In this document: in pieces, positions 43,919-54,781 of the stretch | How positions within the stretch are numbered: the stretch's first letter is position 1 | How the letters are laid out: each line of letters begins with the position of its first letter | DNA from: Porphyridium purpureum | Taxonomy: Eukaryota | DNA: 64,000 nucleotides | Direction: 5' to 3' | Assembly (NCBI GenBank): GCA_008690995.1 | Contig: VRMN01000002.1 | Location: 62,001 to 126,000, forward strand | Notes under the pieces: model-generated | The model's input: the letters and a program-made list of their open reading frames with translations, nothing else | Databases searched by the model: none | Told to the model about the DNA's origin: nothing | Translations under genes and position numbers: made by a program

Positions 43919-44169
43919 AGCAGAGCAAGCACCACACTCGCTCGAGATACCTCCTCTGCGACTCCCTGCGAACTCTGCAGCAACATGTGGAAGGAGTACA
44001 CTAAGTGTACCTAATTAACCGTTTCCAAATCGGTTTACTGTACATCGATCGTTCCGGTTCCGGTTCCGGTTCAGGTTCACTGAACCAGATGGGCTGCCGC
44101 CATTCCCTGCAGAGGCACATCTGCTGCTGCTGATGCTGTGGTTGTTGTCCTCCGAGGTTGTCATTGGAG

Positions 44170-45428
44170 CTATTGGTGTTCGGTGTTAGCAGTGGAGACC
44201 ACGTTGCCAAGGGCGTCCAAAACGGTGAGCCCATTCGGCATGCGCCTGGGCGGCAGCTCCCGGATCATGCCGCGTGATACGTGCTCTTTGAGCTTGGCTA
44301 GCGCAGCAGCTGCTTCGGAGCTACCCAGACGGTCTTCCTGCGCGGCGTCGCGCCGTCTAAAGATGCCGTCTGGGCTGGGGACAGTGTACGCGTTCGCTTG
44401 CCGGTAGTCTGCAGCGTAGTTGAGGTCCTCCAGCGCACCCAGGGTCACGCGACTCAAATCGGCAACGCGCGGCGTAGAGCTGCCGAGGATCGTGTTGGAG
44501 ACGCTGGTCATGAGCTCGTCCACCAAGGTCGCCTCACCCCAGTGATTGCAAATGGTGCCTTAGCCCGCCATCACTGAACTCAACTGGCGGCATGCCGGCA
44601 AAATCTGAGCCGCCCTCATTGATCCACTCGCGTTTTGCGGCGGGAAACAAGTAGTTGCCCCGCATGCCGGGAACACAGTCGATGCGCGCCCGATACCCAA
44701 CAGAGTCAAAGTCGATCTTCCGCCAAAAAGGTGCCGATGCCTAGCATATGAAGCAATTCGTGCGTGACAAGATCTACCCACAACTCCTCCCACAGCGGCG
44801 CGTCCGACATGAATGTAAAGTCGGACACGTCAAACTGGACGACGCCCACGGTCGGCATCAGGTCGTACTGGCACCCAGGCAAAGTTTGTGACGGGTATGA
44901 TGTGGAGCCGTTTACGGGCGATACGCACACGCCAAAGCGTTCTTGGTTGAAGGCCGAGCCCAGGACGCCACCCACGCCATCGATGGACTGGACGCCCCAC
45001 AAAACTCTGAGCACTACATTGGCGTTGATCAGGCTCTGGCCCGTGACGATCTGCGCCAGCCTGCTCTTCGCGAGGTCGAACACGCGCCGCGCATCGGCCG
45101 TGTGCGCCTGCTCGGGGCTGAACATCTCCAGCTCAATGGAGAATGTGGGTGTCGGCAGTTCTGACACATACGCAACCAGCAAGCAGAGGTCAATCGCGCA
45201 TACCGGGTTGAAGCAAGGAACCATCTCTGCCTCCTCGCGGCACATAGCAGTCGCCTCGAGTGCCGAGCTCGCGACATAAACCTCGCAAATCTGTGCCAAG
45301 CACGTGGCCTCCAACGAATAGCACATGGTTGTCTCCAGCTTGCACGGTATGAGCAGTGCGCCTGCCCGCGATGAGAGCGCCGCGCTCGCAGCTACCATCA
45401 GGAGCACGAGAATCCACGTCTCGTGCAT
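44170..45428 (-). pseudogene. Secreted leishmanolysin-like (M8) zinc metallopeptidase broken by two 1-nt insertions
   Basis: Signal peptide; IDGVGGVLGSA; HELLHMLG; reconstructed GTFW...PPVE...GTICNHWGE...ELMT; LSRVTLGALEDLNY. Confidence 0.82.
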
Positions 45429-47040
45429 CACAGCGATGGCCAGGCCGAGTCGTACTTTGCGAGCAAGCGTCGACTGTGTAAAGCAGAAATCATTCAGGCT
45501 GCAATTCCAGATCGTATCTTATACTACCGGTAACGGTGGCCATCGGCACGCACCGCGCGCCGACCGCCTGCCGGCGGCGGAGGCCGGGTTGCGCCACATG
45601 TCAAATCGGACCTGGCTATGCAAATTGGGGTAACATCCAGAGCCGCACGCCCAGGCGTCCCATGAGTAAATTCACCGCGCCACCCGCGCACGTGCCGTGA
45701 TTACGCGTGTTGCGGGTGTCGTCGCGCAATCTCTGGATCATCGAGTCGCGACCATTATCATCATGAACCTCTTTAACCTCTGCAAAAGCTTCCTAAAACC
45801 CTCACCTCTCTCGCATAGTCGTCATTTGCCATTCCTTATTCCCCCCTTCCCCGCCTAAAACAAGCAAAGCAACTGGAAAACCTTGTCCCATTTTGGAACG
45901 TTGAAAGGCGGGACGGCTGGAGTGGAGAGGGGTGTGACATGATGTGGCTCTTGTGCAAATGCGCCGGTATCTATCTCTAACCCTGGAGTTGATCATGAAC
46001 GTCACGCGCTCCCGATGTACAAAGAAAAAGAGCGGAGGAGCATGACGGAGGAATAGCAGGCGCGCGCCTCGCGCTCTTCCCGTCATTCCTCTTCCAGCCA
46101 GCCCACACCACGCGCGTGCCCATTGGTTTGGTGCCGCAACTTGCCAAAGTGGGGAAACGTGCATCGTCAATCAAAGATTGAGCGTTGCGCTTGGTTGGTC
46201 AGTCCGTAAGCTGTTTGTCCCGGTAGTCTTGGCTTGGTGGTTCGGGAGGTACAGCTGGATGATTAAAATAATATTGTTTTTTAAACATTGGTCGAACTGG
46301 TTCGCGCGTGTTGGAGAGAGTAAGGTGCGACCAGAACGGATAGGGGACAGTAAAATTTCTAAGAACAATTAGACACTTCATATTAAATTTTGACTTTTTA
46401 CTAGGAACATGATTTGGGGCGGGCGGGTGGTGCCGGCATGCAAGAAATTTGTTGCACAAAACGGATAGGGGACAGTCACGGGAAGCCTTATATCTCGGAA
46501 AGAAATGAAGGAAAGGAAGTGAAGAGACGTGCATCGAGCCAAACTCGTAAAGAGCTTCATTTCGATACCAAAAATCGCAATATTGACCCCTCGGATGAGA
46601 AGATATGACACTTTCAGGGCCTTTGGGAGTGGGACAAAAAGTGAGAGCCATTGTGACATACATTAGGTGCTTTATGCAATGCAATTTATTCTAGGTAGAT
46701 GCTCCCATCGTACACGTACATAGTTTCGCTTCTGCGGACGCTCCAAACCGCACAAAGGCATGAAAAATCAAGATTTATGACATCAAAAGGATTCGGCCCG
46801 TAAATAATGGCCGGCAAATTTGTGCTACACAACGCATTTACCGTGTAATTCAGATCCTAAATTCAATGGCAATCAGGACAGCAATGAGCTTAACCAGTGC
46901 GCGCAGGAGAAATCCAGCTCATGTACCAGTCTGTGTCGTTGAAACGTTATATACTGTACCTATGTAAGGTGAAAAGTGTACTTACACAAGTCGACTATGC
47001 ACGGATATAAGTTGTGTAGACATTATATTTATACCATATA

Positions 47041-48584
47041 CAGTCCTGGCCAAGATGTTTGCAACACCCTCATAAAAAGTGAAATTCGTGTAAAAGTGAA
47101 GAATCTTGATAGACAAGGGCATGTTTTGAGCACGCCAATCGATCGCGCGTCCCAAGAAATACTGGGGCGCGTCCAACCGGGAGGAAAAGGCAAGGAAAGA
47201 GCGCTTGGGCAATGGAGACAGCAAAAAGGGGGTGTTGGCGAGCGGCGCAAGTTTTGGAATGTGAGAAAGAAAACACGAAGATCAAGAAGGATGAGACTTT
47301 AGTACTTGGTGTGGTGGCCGCGCGCGTCCAGTACAGCTTGAAGACGGCGAGGCATGGACTCTAAGAGTGGAACTACGTACTTTTGGGCCACGGTCGCCCA
47401 CGCCGCAAGCACGACAGCCTTAAGTTCTGCGACGCGTGCGAACTGGCGGCCTTTTCGGTAAACCACGCGCGGCAAGACGCCCCAAATGTTTTCAATTGGG
47501 TTAAGGTCCAGAGACCTTGCAGGCCACGGCAGCACAGTGACGCCGAGTGCGTCGAGCCACGCTTTGGTCGAGTTGGCCGTATGTGCCGGGGCATTGTCTT
47601 GCTGGAAAGTGTAATTGAAGTCATACATTTCCAGGCCGAACGGAAGCAAGGCTTCCAGCAAGACTTGTTGATACTTCACGGCATTCAAGCCACCCTCGAC
47701 GAAGACGGCCATTGTTAGGCCGCGCAGGGACATACCGGCCCACATGTGAACCTTGCCACCTCCAGAGTGCTGGCGCCTGGCGTACGAACTTGACTTGGCG
47801 CGACAGTCGACCCATCGCTGCGAGGAGCCGAACGGGCCATCGCAGCTCCAAATCTTCTCGTCTGAAAAGACCACTTGATGCCAGAAAGCCATTGGTTTCG
47901 CAATGAATGCGGTGGCAAACGCCAATCGCTTCCTGATGTTGTCATACGACAGCGAAGGTTTCCGCGAGACTCGCTTGTAGCGAAGAAAGCCTGCTGCTTG
48001 AAGCGTCCGACGCACTGTCCTGGCCGAGCACTGCAAGTGCAGCTCGTGAACCACCTGTCCGGACGTCAGTGCATCAACAGATACGGCGCGAATGATGCGG
48101 CGTTCCGATTTGCAACTCAAAAGCCGTTTCGGACCTGGCTTCTTGCGGACGATCCGGTGCCCCGTTGGCACAAGAAAATGACTGACAGTTGCATAGGATG
48201 GCCGCGAGCGATCTGGGCGCGTCATGAAGCCTTCGCAATTGCTCGTGCCGACAGCTCCTGGCCCGCAAGGGCGTCGATCTGCCCTTTTTCGTGTTCCGAC
48301 AGTCACGGCGCCATCGTTCGGCCGTTGCGCGCTCAATTTCGATCTGGAGACTCTCCACTTGCGCACGACGAGATGGATCAGCGAGCGAAGATCCTTTGAG
48401 CACCTTCTGATGGTCTGGGAAAAACAAAAACGCGCGCGCCGCGCCTTGGTTCATCGTCATGCTCGATGTGGACAATGTTAAAAAAGAGTTAAAAATAAGC
48501 TTTCTATTAAAATGGGCTATTTTACTATAAGATCCATTTTTTTGGACCAAAATGCAGGTGTTGCAAACATCTTGGCCAGGACTG
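47041..48584 (-). mobile_element. Tc1/mariner DNA transposon (DD34E), 1544 bp
   Basis: Perfect 28-bp TIRs CAGTCCTGGCCAAGATGTTTGCAACACC (47041-47068, 48557-48584) flanked by TA. Confidence 0.97.
47299..48314 (-). pseudogene. Tc1-family transposase with disrupted N-terminus
   Basis: FSDEK, FQQDNAPAH, SLDLNPIENIW (34 residues between D and E). The HTH start MAP*LSEHEKGQIDAL (ATG 48314) has a TGA and is out of frame with the core. Confidence 0.85.
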
Positions 48585-48736
48585 TACATGTTCCAGTCTG
48601 ACTCATAAACGTACATTTACGCCTCTTATACGTACAGTATATCCTGCCTTCAAGACATTATATCTGTATATTCTACGCCCTACATACGTATAGTATAAAT
48701 GTGTATTGTTTAGTCATATGTGTACCTTTTTATCAT

Positions 48737-49026
48737 TGTTACCAATGCTGTGCCTTTATTCTCTCTTACCTCTTCTTCTGTCTCCGAGCAAGACCTGACC
48801 GGCTAGTCCGGGCAGGCGCGTCGCCTTTTTATACCCTTACTTCCGCTAGGGACAGCAAGGCGCCAAGAGAAATGACAATGCAAACCATTGGCATTTCTGC
48901 GCGCGTCTAGAAGTTTCTGGAACCTCTAGAAGCTTCTAGAAACGGTTAAACGGTCTGCCGGTTTAACGGCTTACCGGTTTTGGATTAACCGAACCGTTCT
49001 AGGTCACTGGGGTCGAACGGATAACA
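48737..49026 (-). repeat. Gypsy 3' LTR (290 bp)
   Basis: Direct repeat of 53897-54192; differs by a few substitutions and a CT-rich indel patch. Confidence 0.96.
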
Positions 49027-49040
49027 TCTCCCCCCCTCTT
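49027..49040 (-). other. Gypsy polypurine tract
   Basis: Minus strand AAGAGGGGGGGAGA abutting the 3' LTR. Confidence 0.9.
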
Positions 49041-49145
49041 GGCTCGACGTCTCGGCGAGACTCCAAACTAAGTTGCATTCTTGGCTCGAGGAACCCGCGC
49101 TCCGGGAGAAAACATCTGCCTAGCAAACTTCTCACAATACCCAAG

Positions 49146-52100
49146 TCATTCAGAGTCAGACTCTTCGATAATTTTCAACAAGTCTGGCTCTGAATCGGAC
49201 GCTGGCAGGTCGTCGGGTACTTCTTCATCATTTTCCCCTGCCATGTAGTCTTCGCGTCCATAGTATGGCTTCAGATGCTGGATCGGAAAAACATCATGAC
49301 AAGCCACACCCTCAGGCAAAATCACTCGGTAAGCATGCGAGCTTACCTTCTCAATGACAGGCACCGGACCAAGAAACTTTGGTGCCGCCAAATCACTCTT
49401 GTTCGGCCGCAGTTGCGGCGCCGTGACCAACACTTGATCACCAACTTGAAACTCCCGGGCATCCTTGCGTCGATCGAAGAACTTCTGCATTCTCCCCTGG
49501 GCTTCGATCAAATTGTCGCGGACTTCTTCATGGACTTTGCACAGGCGAAACCAGTGCTCCGCCATGTCCTTCGTCTGTCCGTCGCGCGCAGGCGTCCACC
49601 CTTCGCTCGGTGGAAACCAAGGATCCCTTCCATATACCACTTTGAACGGCGCGAATCCAGTGGCACTGCTTGGTGCGGAGTTGTACGCAAACTCGTACAA
49701 CGGCAAGTCTCGTACCCAGCCACTATTCGTCGCCATCAACTTGAGCATTTCCCGAATCACGCGGTTCACTCGCTCAGTTTGGCCATCTGTCTGCGGGTGG
49801 TTGGCGGTAGACATAGCCAACTTCATGCCCACCCGCTTGCTCAACTGCTGCCAAAACGTTGACGTAAACAGCGGATCTCGGTCCGACACAATTGACTTGG
49901 GGTATCCGAAACGGCTCACGACGTGCTTCACGAACAAGTCAGCACAACGCTTTGCTGTCAAGTCCTTGCGCGTCGGGATAAACAGCGTCATCTTCGAATA
50001 GCGATCCACCACAGTCATGATTGCATCACAGCTGCCTTCGCTCCGAGGCAGCTCTGTCACAAAGTCCATCGAGATGTCGACCCAAGGTCCTTCTGGGATC
50101 GACAAGGGCTTCAGCTTTCCAAACGACCGATTCTCTGACTTTGTCACTTGGCATGCGTGACAAGTCTTCACAAAACGGCTCACGTCTCGCTTCATCTTTG
50201 GCCAGTAGAAGCGAGTGATCAAAGATGCATACGTCGTGTCCGCTCCACGGTGCCCTGCTGTCGGGATATCGTGGTGGAGCTGCATGACACGCTCTCTGAA
50301 CTTCCTCGGCACGCAAACGCGATTCCTCAAGTACAAGAGCCCAGCTTCGGTTCGAAAACCTTGGTGGGTCGGTAAATCTCCCATCAAAGTACCAAAGTCT
50401 GGGTCACTCGAGTAAGAACCCACGAATGCCTGGAAACCCATACCAAATTCATCACACCGAACTTGGTACTCTAGCGCGTGCAACTCCGGCTTCCTCGACA
50501 AAGCATCGGCTACCACGTTCGACTTTCCCTTCACATAGTCGATTGTGATATCAAACTCGGCCAAAAAGTCCAACCACCGTGCTTGCCGGCCATTCAGCTC
50601 CTTCTGCGTCATCAAATGTTTCAACGCCTCATGATCTGTGTGAAGCACAAACTTTGCCCCGTACAGATAAGGTCGAAACTCTCGCAGACAATGAATGACG
50701 GCCATGAGCTCTCCTTCATAGCTGCTGTACCTGGTCTCTCGGTCCAGCAGCTTCCTCGACGTAAACGCGACCGGTCTGCCTTCCTGTGCCAGCCATCCCC
50801 CCACCGCGACTTCGGAGCGGTCCGTGTACACCTCAAATGGCTTTTCAGGGTCTGGCAAGGCCAACACCGGCGCTTCCGTCAACATCCCGACAATCTTCTT
50901 GAAGGCGTTCTTGCCTTCATCTCCCAGTTCGATCAGCTGCTTCTTCGACTTTGCGTTCTGCAACAGCGAAGTCAGCGGCGCCACGACGGTAGAGTATCCT
51001 TTGACAAACCTGCGAAACCAGTTTGTCATTCCCAAAAAGGATCTCAACTCTGTCACCGTCTTTGGCACTGGCCAATCTTTCAAAGCTTCCACCTTCCGTG
51101 GATCCATCTTCACGCAACCGTTGCCGACAATGTTCCCCAGGTATTCGACTTCAGAAACGAAGAAGCTGCACTTCTTGCGCTTCAAACGATACCCCGCCTT
51201 TTGCAAGCGCGACAACACTTCCTTCAGGACCTCGCCGTGCGACTGCCGATCCTTGGTAAAGACCAAAATATCGTCCAAGTAGACAATGACGGTCTTGTCC
51301 AGCAGATCTGCAAACAGCTCGTTCATGGCCCTCTGAAAAGTTGCCGGCGCGTTGCAAAGACCAAACGGCATCACACGGAACTCGAACTGTCCGTACCTGG
51401 TCTGGAACGCGGTCTTCGGCACGTCCTCTCTCCGAACACGCAACTGGTGGTATCCCGATGCCAAATCCAACTTTGAGAAACAGTGAGCTGCGCCCAGTCG
51501 ATCCAGCAACTCATCCATGTTCGGCAACGGATACCGGTCCTTCACAGTTGCGTCGTTCAACGCCCGATAATCAACGCACATCCTCATGCTGCCGTCTTTC
51601 TTCTTCACGAACAGCACGGGTGCTCCAAACGGGCTCTGACTCGGCTGGACGAATCCTTTGTCCAGCAAGTCATCCAAAGTCTCTCGGAGGACTTTCAACT
51701 CCGCAGGGCTCAGTCGGTAGACCCTGCCCACTCTCACAGGCTTCTCATCTTTCAGCCTAATCACATGCTCCACTGTTCGGCTCTCAGGCAGCCCTCGCGG
51801 CTCCTCGAACAGATTTTCGAAATCATTGAGCATCTTCTTCACAGAGTCAGCTTCTTTGCGCTCCACTGAACAGGGCTCCTCCCTTCCTTTCAGCACGCCG
51901 AGGTAGCACTCTTCTACCTCCTGACTCTTCAACAGCCGACGGAGCTCTTTCCGCGGCACCAGCATCTGCGTCATGCTCCAGGCCCTCTTCTCTCCGTAGG
52001 CCAACATGCCAGACTGCCAATCAATCACTGGGTTCTCCCGCTTCAGCCACTCCATGCCCAAGATTGCGTCTTGTCCCGCAATCCGGCAAATGGCAAAGTT

Positions 52101-52544
52101 AGCGGTTCCTGAGTACCCATCGCTCAGTGTAAACTTGACATTGGAAACTTCTCCGGCTGTCTCCAATACAGACCCGTCTGCCAGGGTCACATGATCTCTC
52201 TTCCACGACGCCTTCTGCTTCAGGCCGTCGGATTTCAGCACAAAGTCCACGCTCATAAAGTTGTCCGTCGCGCCACTGTCAATCAAAAACGTGGCCTCTC
52301 CATCGGACTTGTGCACTTTTCCGCGAACTCGAAGAAGCATGGCAGCTCCCATCCCTCCAAGTTCCTTGATCACGGGCTGATTTGCGCTCGAGTTTCGCCC
52401 ACAAGGTGTCGGACAGCCAGACCTTGGCTTACCAAGGCCACCACAGCGGTCTCCATTGCCGCCCCTAGAGGTCTCGTAACGTCTGCGAGCCTCCTTTCCC
52501 TCTGACTGTCCGAGGAACCTCTCTACTCGAGCTCCTCGTTTTTT
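49146..52544 (-). CDS. pol: Gypsy Pol, in the -1 frame relative to gag
   Basis: PR LIDSGAT; RT MCVDYRALN, LDLASGYHQ, MPFGLCNAP, YLDDIL; RH; IN HH...GH...CHACQ, SMDFV, IVSDRD, QTDGQTERVN. Confidence 0.97.
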   Translation of the reverse strand, partial: KKRGARVERFLGQSEGKEARRRYETSRGGNGDRCGGLGKPRSGCPTPCGRNSSANQPVIKELGGMGAAMLLRVRGKVHKSDGEATFLIDSGATDNFMSVDFVLKSDGLKQKASWKRDHVTLADGSVLETAGEVSNVKFTLSDGYSGTANFAICRIAGQDAILGMEWLKRENPVIDWQSGMLAYGEKRAWSMTQMLVPRKELRRLLKSQEVEECYLGVLKGREEPCSVERKEADSVKKMLNDFENLFEEPRGLPESRTVEHVIRLKDEKPVRVGRVYRLSPAELKVLRETLDDLLDKGFVQPSQSPFGAPVLFVKKKDGSMRMCVDYRALNDATVKDRYPLPNMDELLDRLGAAHCFSKLDLASGYHQLRVRREDVPKTAFQTRYGQFEFRVMPFGLCNAPATFQRAMNELFADLLDKTVIVYLDDILVFTKDRQSHGEVLKEVLSRLQKAGYRLKRKKCSFFVSEVEYLGNIVGNGCVKMDPRKVEALKDWPVPKTVTELRSFLGMTNWFRRFVKGYSTVVAPLTSLLQNAKSKKQLIELGDEGKNAFKKIVGMLTEAPVLALPDPEKPFEVYTDRSEVAVGGWLAQEGRPVAFTSRKLLDRETRYSSYEGELMAVIHCLREFRPYLYGAKFVLHTDHEALKHLMTQKELNGRQARWLDFLAEFDITIDYVKGKSNVVADALSRKPELHALEYQVRCDEFGMGFQAFVGSYSSDPDFGTLMGDLPTHQGFRTEAGLLYLRNRVCVPRKFRERVMQLHHDIPTAGHRGADTTYASLITRFYWPKMKRDVSRFVKTCHACQVTKSENRSFGKLKPLSIPEGPWVDISMDFVTELPRSEGSCDAIMTVVDRYSKMTLFIPTRKDLTAKRCADLFVKHVVSRFGYPKSIVSDRDPLFTSTFWQQLSKRVGMKLAMSTANHPQTDGQTERVNRVIREMLKLMATNSGWVRDLPLYEFAYNSAPSSATGFAPFKVVYGRDPWFPPSEGWTPARDGQTKDMAEHWFRLCKVHEEVRDNLIEAQGRMQKFFDRRKDAREFQVGDQVLVTAPQLRPNKSDLAAPKFLGPVPVIEKVSSHAYRVILPEGVACHDVFPIQHLKPYYGREDYMAGENDEEVPDDLPASDSEPDLLKIIEESDSE

Positions 52545-53329
52545 GACTCCAGCGAGTCTCCCTCCAGCTGCTGGATAGTCTTCCTTGCCTCGGGACACTT
52601 CCTGGCGATGTGTCCCGGCCTTCCACAATTCCAGCATTTGAGCTCGGTACGAACACGCCTCTGACCCTGCACATGTCCCAGCTCCATCGGGACGGGTCCT
52701 TCCTGCGCTGCGCGACCGAAAAATGGCGTCCTCACACTTGAATCACGCACGCCGCGGGTCGCATGAATGGCGTCGTCCACGACCACCGCCACCTGCGCAG
52801 CCTCCGCAAACGTGCTCACTCCTCGCTTGTACACTTCCAAGCGGACCTCGGGCTTTAGACCCCTCACAAAGCGGTCCATCATTTCTGCGTCCGACAAGTC
52901 CGGAATCACAAGTGCCGCGTCCTGAAAAGCCGCCACATACGCATGGGCCGGGCCTTTCTGCGAAAGACGCGTCAACTTGTCCCTTGCACGCCTGATCGAA
53001 TCCTGCGGCGTGAACCGAGCACTCACGAGGGCAGCAAAATCATTCCACGTCCTGGGGATCTCCTGCGGGTAGAGCTCGCAGTTCAGAACCCACCAATGAA
53101 GCGCCTCTCCCTCGAAATAGTCTGATGCCAAGTCCACAGCACGCCTCTCCGCAAGCAGACGTTTCTCCAAATCGTCCGGGTGGATGCTCTCCAACAACCG
53201 GCCCAAGATCTTCTTTCTCGCCTGGAACAACCACGTCTTCACAACCAGAAGGTCACGCTTCCCGTCGAACCTCATCAGACGGGCCTCCTTCGGGCCACGT
53301 GGTCCCAGCGTCTCCGAATCAATCTCCAT
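52523..53329 (-). CDS. gag: Gypsy Gag with CCHC knuckle
   Basis: TWNDFAALVSARF, LSQKG..AYVAAF, GPVPMELG, CWNCGRPGHIARKC. Confidence 0.95.
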   Translation of the reverse strand: MEIDSETLGPRGPKEARLMRFDGKRDLLVVKTWLFQARKKILGRLLESIHPDDLEKRLLAERRAVDLASDYFEGEALHWWVLNCELYPQEIPRTWNDFAALVSARFTPQDSIRRARDKLTRLSQKGPAHAYVAAFQDAALVIPDLSDAEMMDRFVRGLKPEVRLEVYKRGVSTFAEAAQVAVVVDDAIHATRGVRDSSVRTPFFGRAAQEGPVPMELGHVQGQRRVRTELKCWNCGRPGHIARKCPEARKTIQQLEGDSLESKNEELE

Positions 53330-53879
53330 GCTTTCTGGACTAAAGCACGTTCAACGATCACGACAACACGAACAGCAAGCCTCCGATGCTCACTTTCTCC
53401 AACAGCTGCGCGAACCACAAACGGGCTCGGTCGCCCTCACGAACACAAACCGACACACGAAGCTGTCCTCTCACGCACACACACGCACAGCAATCTTCTC
53501 ACGTACACACGACAAAGCGCACAGCAATCCTCCTCTGTTGCGCTGGATGGGGAGCGGCCCGGGCCTTTGCACTGGGGCGGGGATTATAGATGCGATCTTG
53601 TATGGAGGTGTTCGGCGCCTACCTTCGCAAAGGTGGTCGTGCGACACTAGGATGAATCCTAGTGAAGGCTGACCGTTACGGCTCTTGCCTACTAATACGT
53701 GCTAAGGCAGAGAGCGAGTCCGCCGTCAAGGCCTAGGCCTATCGTACAGCCAAGACTGAGACCCGCTTCCACCCGTCGCACCCTCCGGATCGACTTACTC
53801 GAACCCCCTTACCCGCAGACTCTCCCACCCAGGCAACCCCGGAGAAGCTCTAAGAGAACCTTAGAGCAACCCCAGGTAA

Positions 53880-53894
53880 CCAGCGATGATACCA
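53880..53894 (-). other. Gypsy primer-binding site (initiator tRNA-Met type)
   Basis: TGGTATCATCGCTGG, 2 nt after the 5' LTR. Confidence 0.85.
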
Positions 53895-53896
53895 AA

Positions 53897-54192
53897 TGTT
53901 ACCAATGCTGTGCCTTTTACTCTGCTTCTTCTTCTTACCTCCTCCGTCTCCGAGCAAGACCTGACCGGCTAGTCCGGGCAGGCGCGTCGCCTTTTTATAC
54001 CCTTACTTCCGCCAGGGACAGCAAGGCGCCAAGAGAAATGACAATGCAAATCATTGGCATTTCTGCGCGCGTCTAGAAGGTTCTGGAACCTCTAGAAGCT
54101 TCTAGAAACGGTTAAACGGTCTGCCGGTTTAACGGCTTACCGGTTTTGGATTAACCGAACCGTTCTAGGTGGCTGGGGTCGAACGGATAACA
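53897..54192 (-). repeat. Gypsy 5' LTR (296 bp)
   Basis: Followed by PBS on the minus strand; TATAAAA at 53993-53999 (minus). Confidence 0.96.
54075..54108. promoter_or_regulatory. Two perfect three-unit heat-shock elements in gypsy U3
   Basis: AGAAG-GTTCT-GGAAC and AGAAG-CTTCT-AGAAA match nGAAn-nTTCn-nGAAn; copy at 48909-48942. Confidence 0.7.
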
Positions 54193-54397
54193 ATCATTGG
54201 TTCACGGTTTATGTTTGTCAAGTATAAGCGTACATACATGACTTCTGTATTTACATAAAGGGATATATATGCGTATGGTATATAGTACATGAAAACGTCT
54301 AGTATATTTATAGTATATTGATGAAATATATACGGACCAACACGGCTTTTAGTGGATTGCTATACTATGACGTATGCACAGAGACTGCAATCGTGCG

Positions 54398-54628
54398 ACA
54401 AGCACCGAAGAAAACAGACAATACGCACGACAAACACAGCGAGCAATAACGCAGTCGTACAACAAGCACCGAAGAAAACAGACAGGAAGCAGGACAAACA
54501 CAGCGAGCAAGAACGCAGTCGTACAACAAGCACCGAAGAAAACAGACAATACGCACGACAAACACAGCGAGCGAGAACACAGGCATACGACAAGCACCGA
54601 AAGAAACAGACAAGAAGCACGACAAACA
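54398..54628. repeat. Tandem repeat, 64-bp unit, about 3.6 copies
   Basis: ACAAGCACCGAA(G/A)... recurs at 54398, 54462, 54526 and 54590. Confidence 0.93.
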
Positions 54629-54781
54629 TGGTACGTGAATAAAAAAATCAAAAGTCAGAGGGTTGTCCGTACGGAAATGCTCGAGCCAAGAGGACTGGTA
54701 TGGCGTTCCGAAACTGATGTGTACCAACGTACCAAACGCGTGACATGCACATTCAGAGATACTTCGAGGTACCTCTGTTCA

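Larger units (their letters stand above)
48737..54192 (-). mobile_element. Full-length Ty3/gypsy LTR retrotransposon, 5456 bp
   Basis: LTRs 48737-49026 and 53897-54192 (TG...CA); TSD ATCAT at 48732-48736 and 54193-54197; gag then PR-RT-RH-IN. Confidence 0.98.

Noticed and set aside
44052..44077. (TTCCGG)n tract encoding EPEPEP as a separate gene or element end
   Set aside because: Short simple repeat just downstream of the peptidase pseudogene; no partner repeat found.
49040..49250. Chromodomain at the end of gypsy integrase
   Set aside because: Pol ends in an acidic tail; I see no YLVKW/W.P-type motif before or after the stop.
52545..52637. Independent start for gypsy pol as listed in the ORF track
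   Set aside because: Non-ATG start overlapping gag; the slippery site at 52538-52544 explains pol expression better.
54398..54628. CRISPR array
   Set aside because: Whole 64-bp units repeat with no unique spacers; no cas genes; eukaryotic context.
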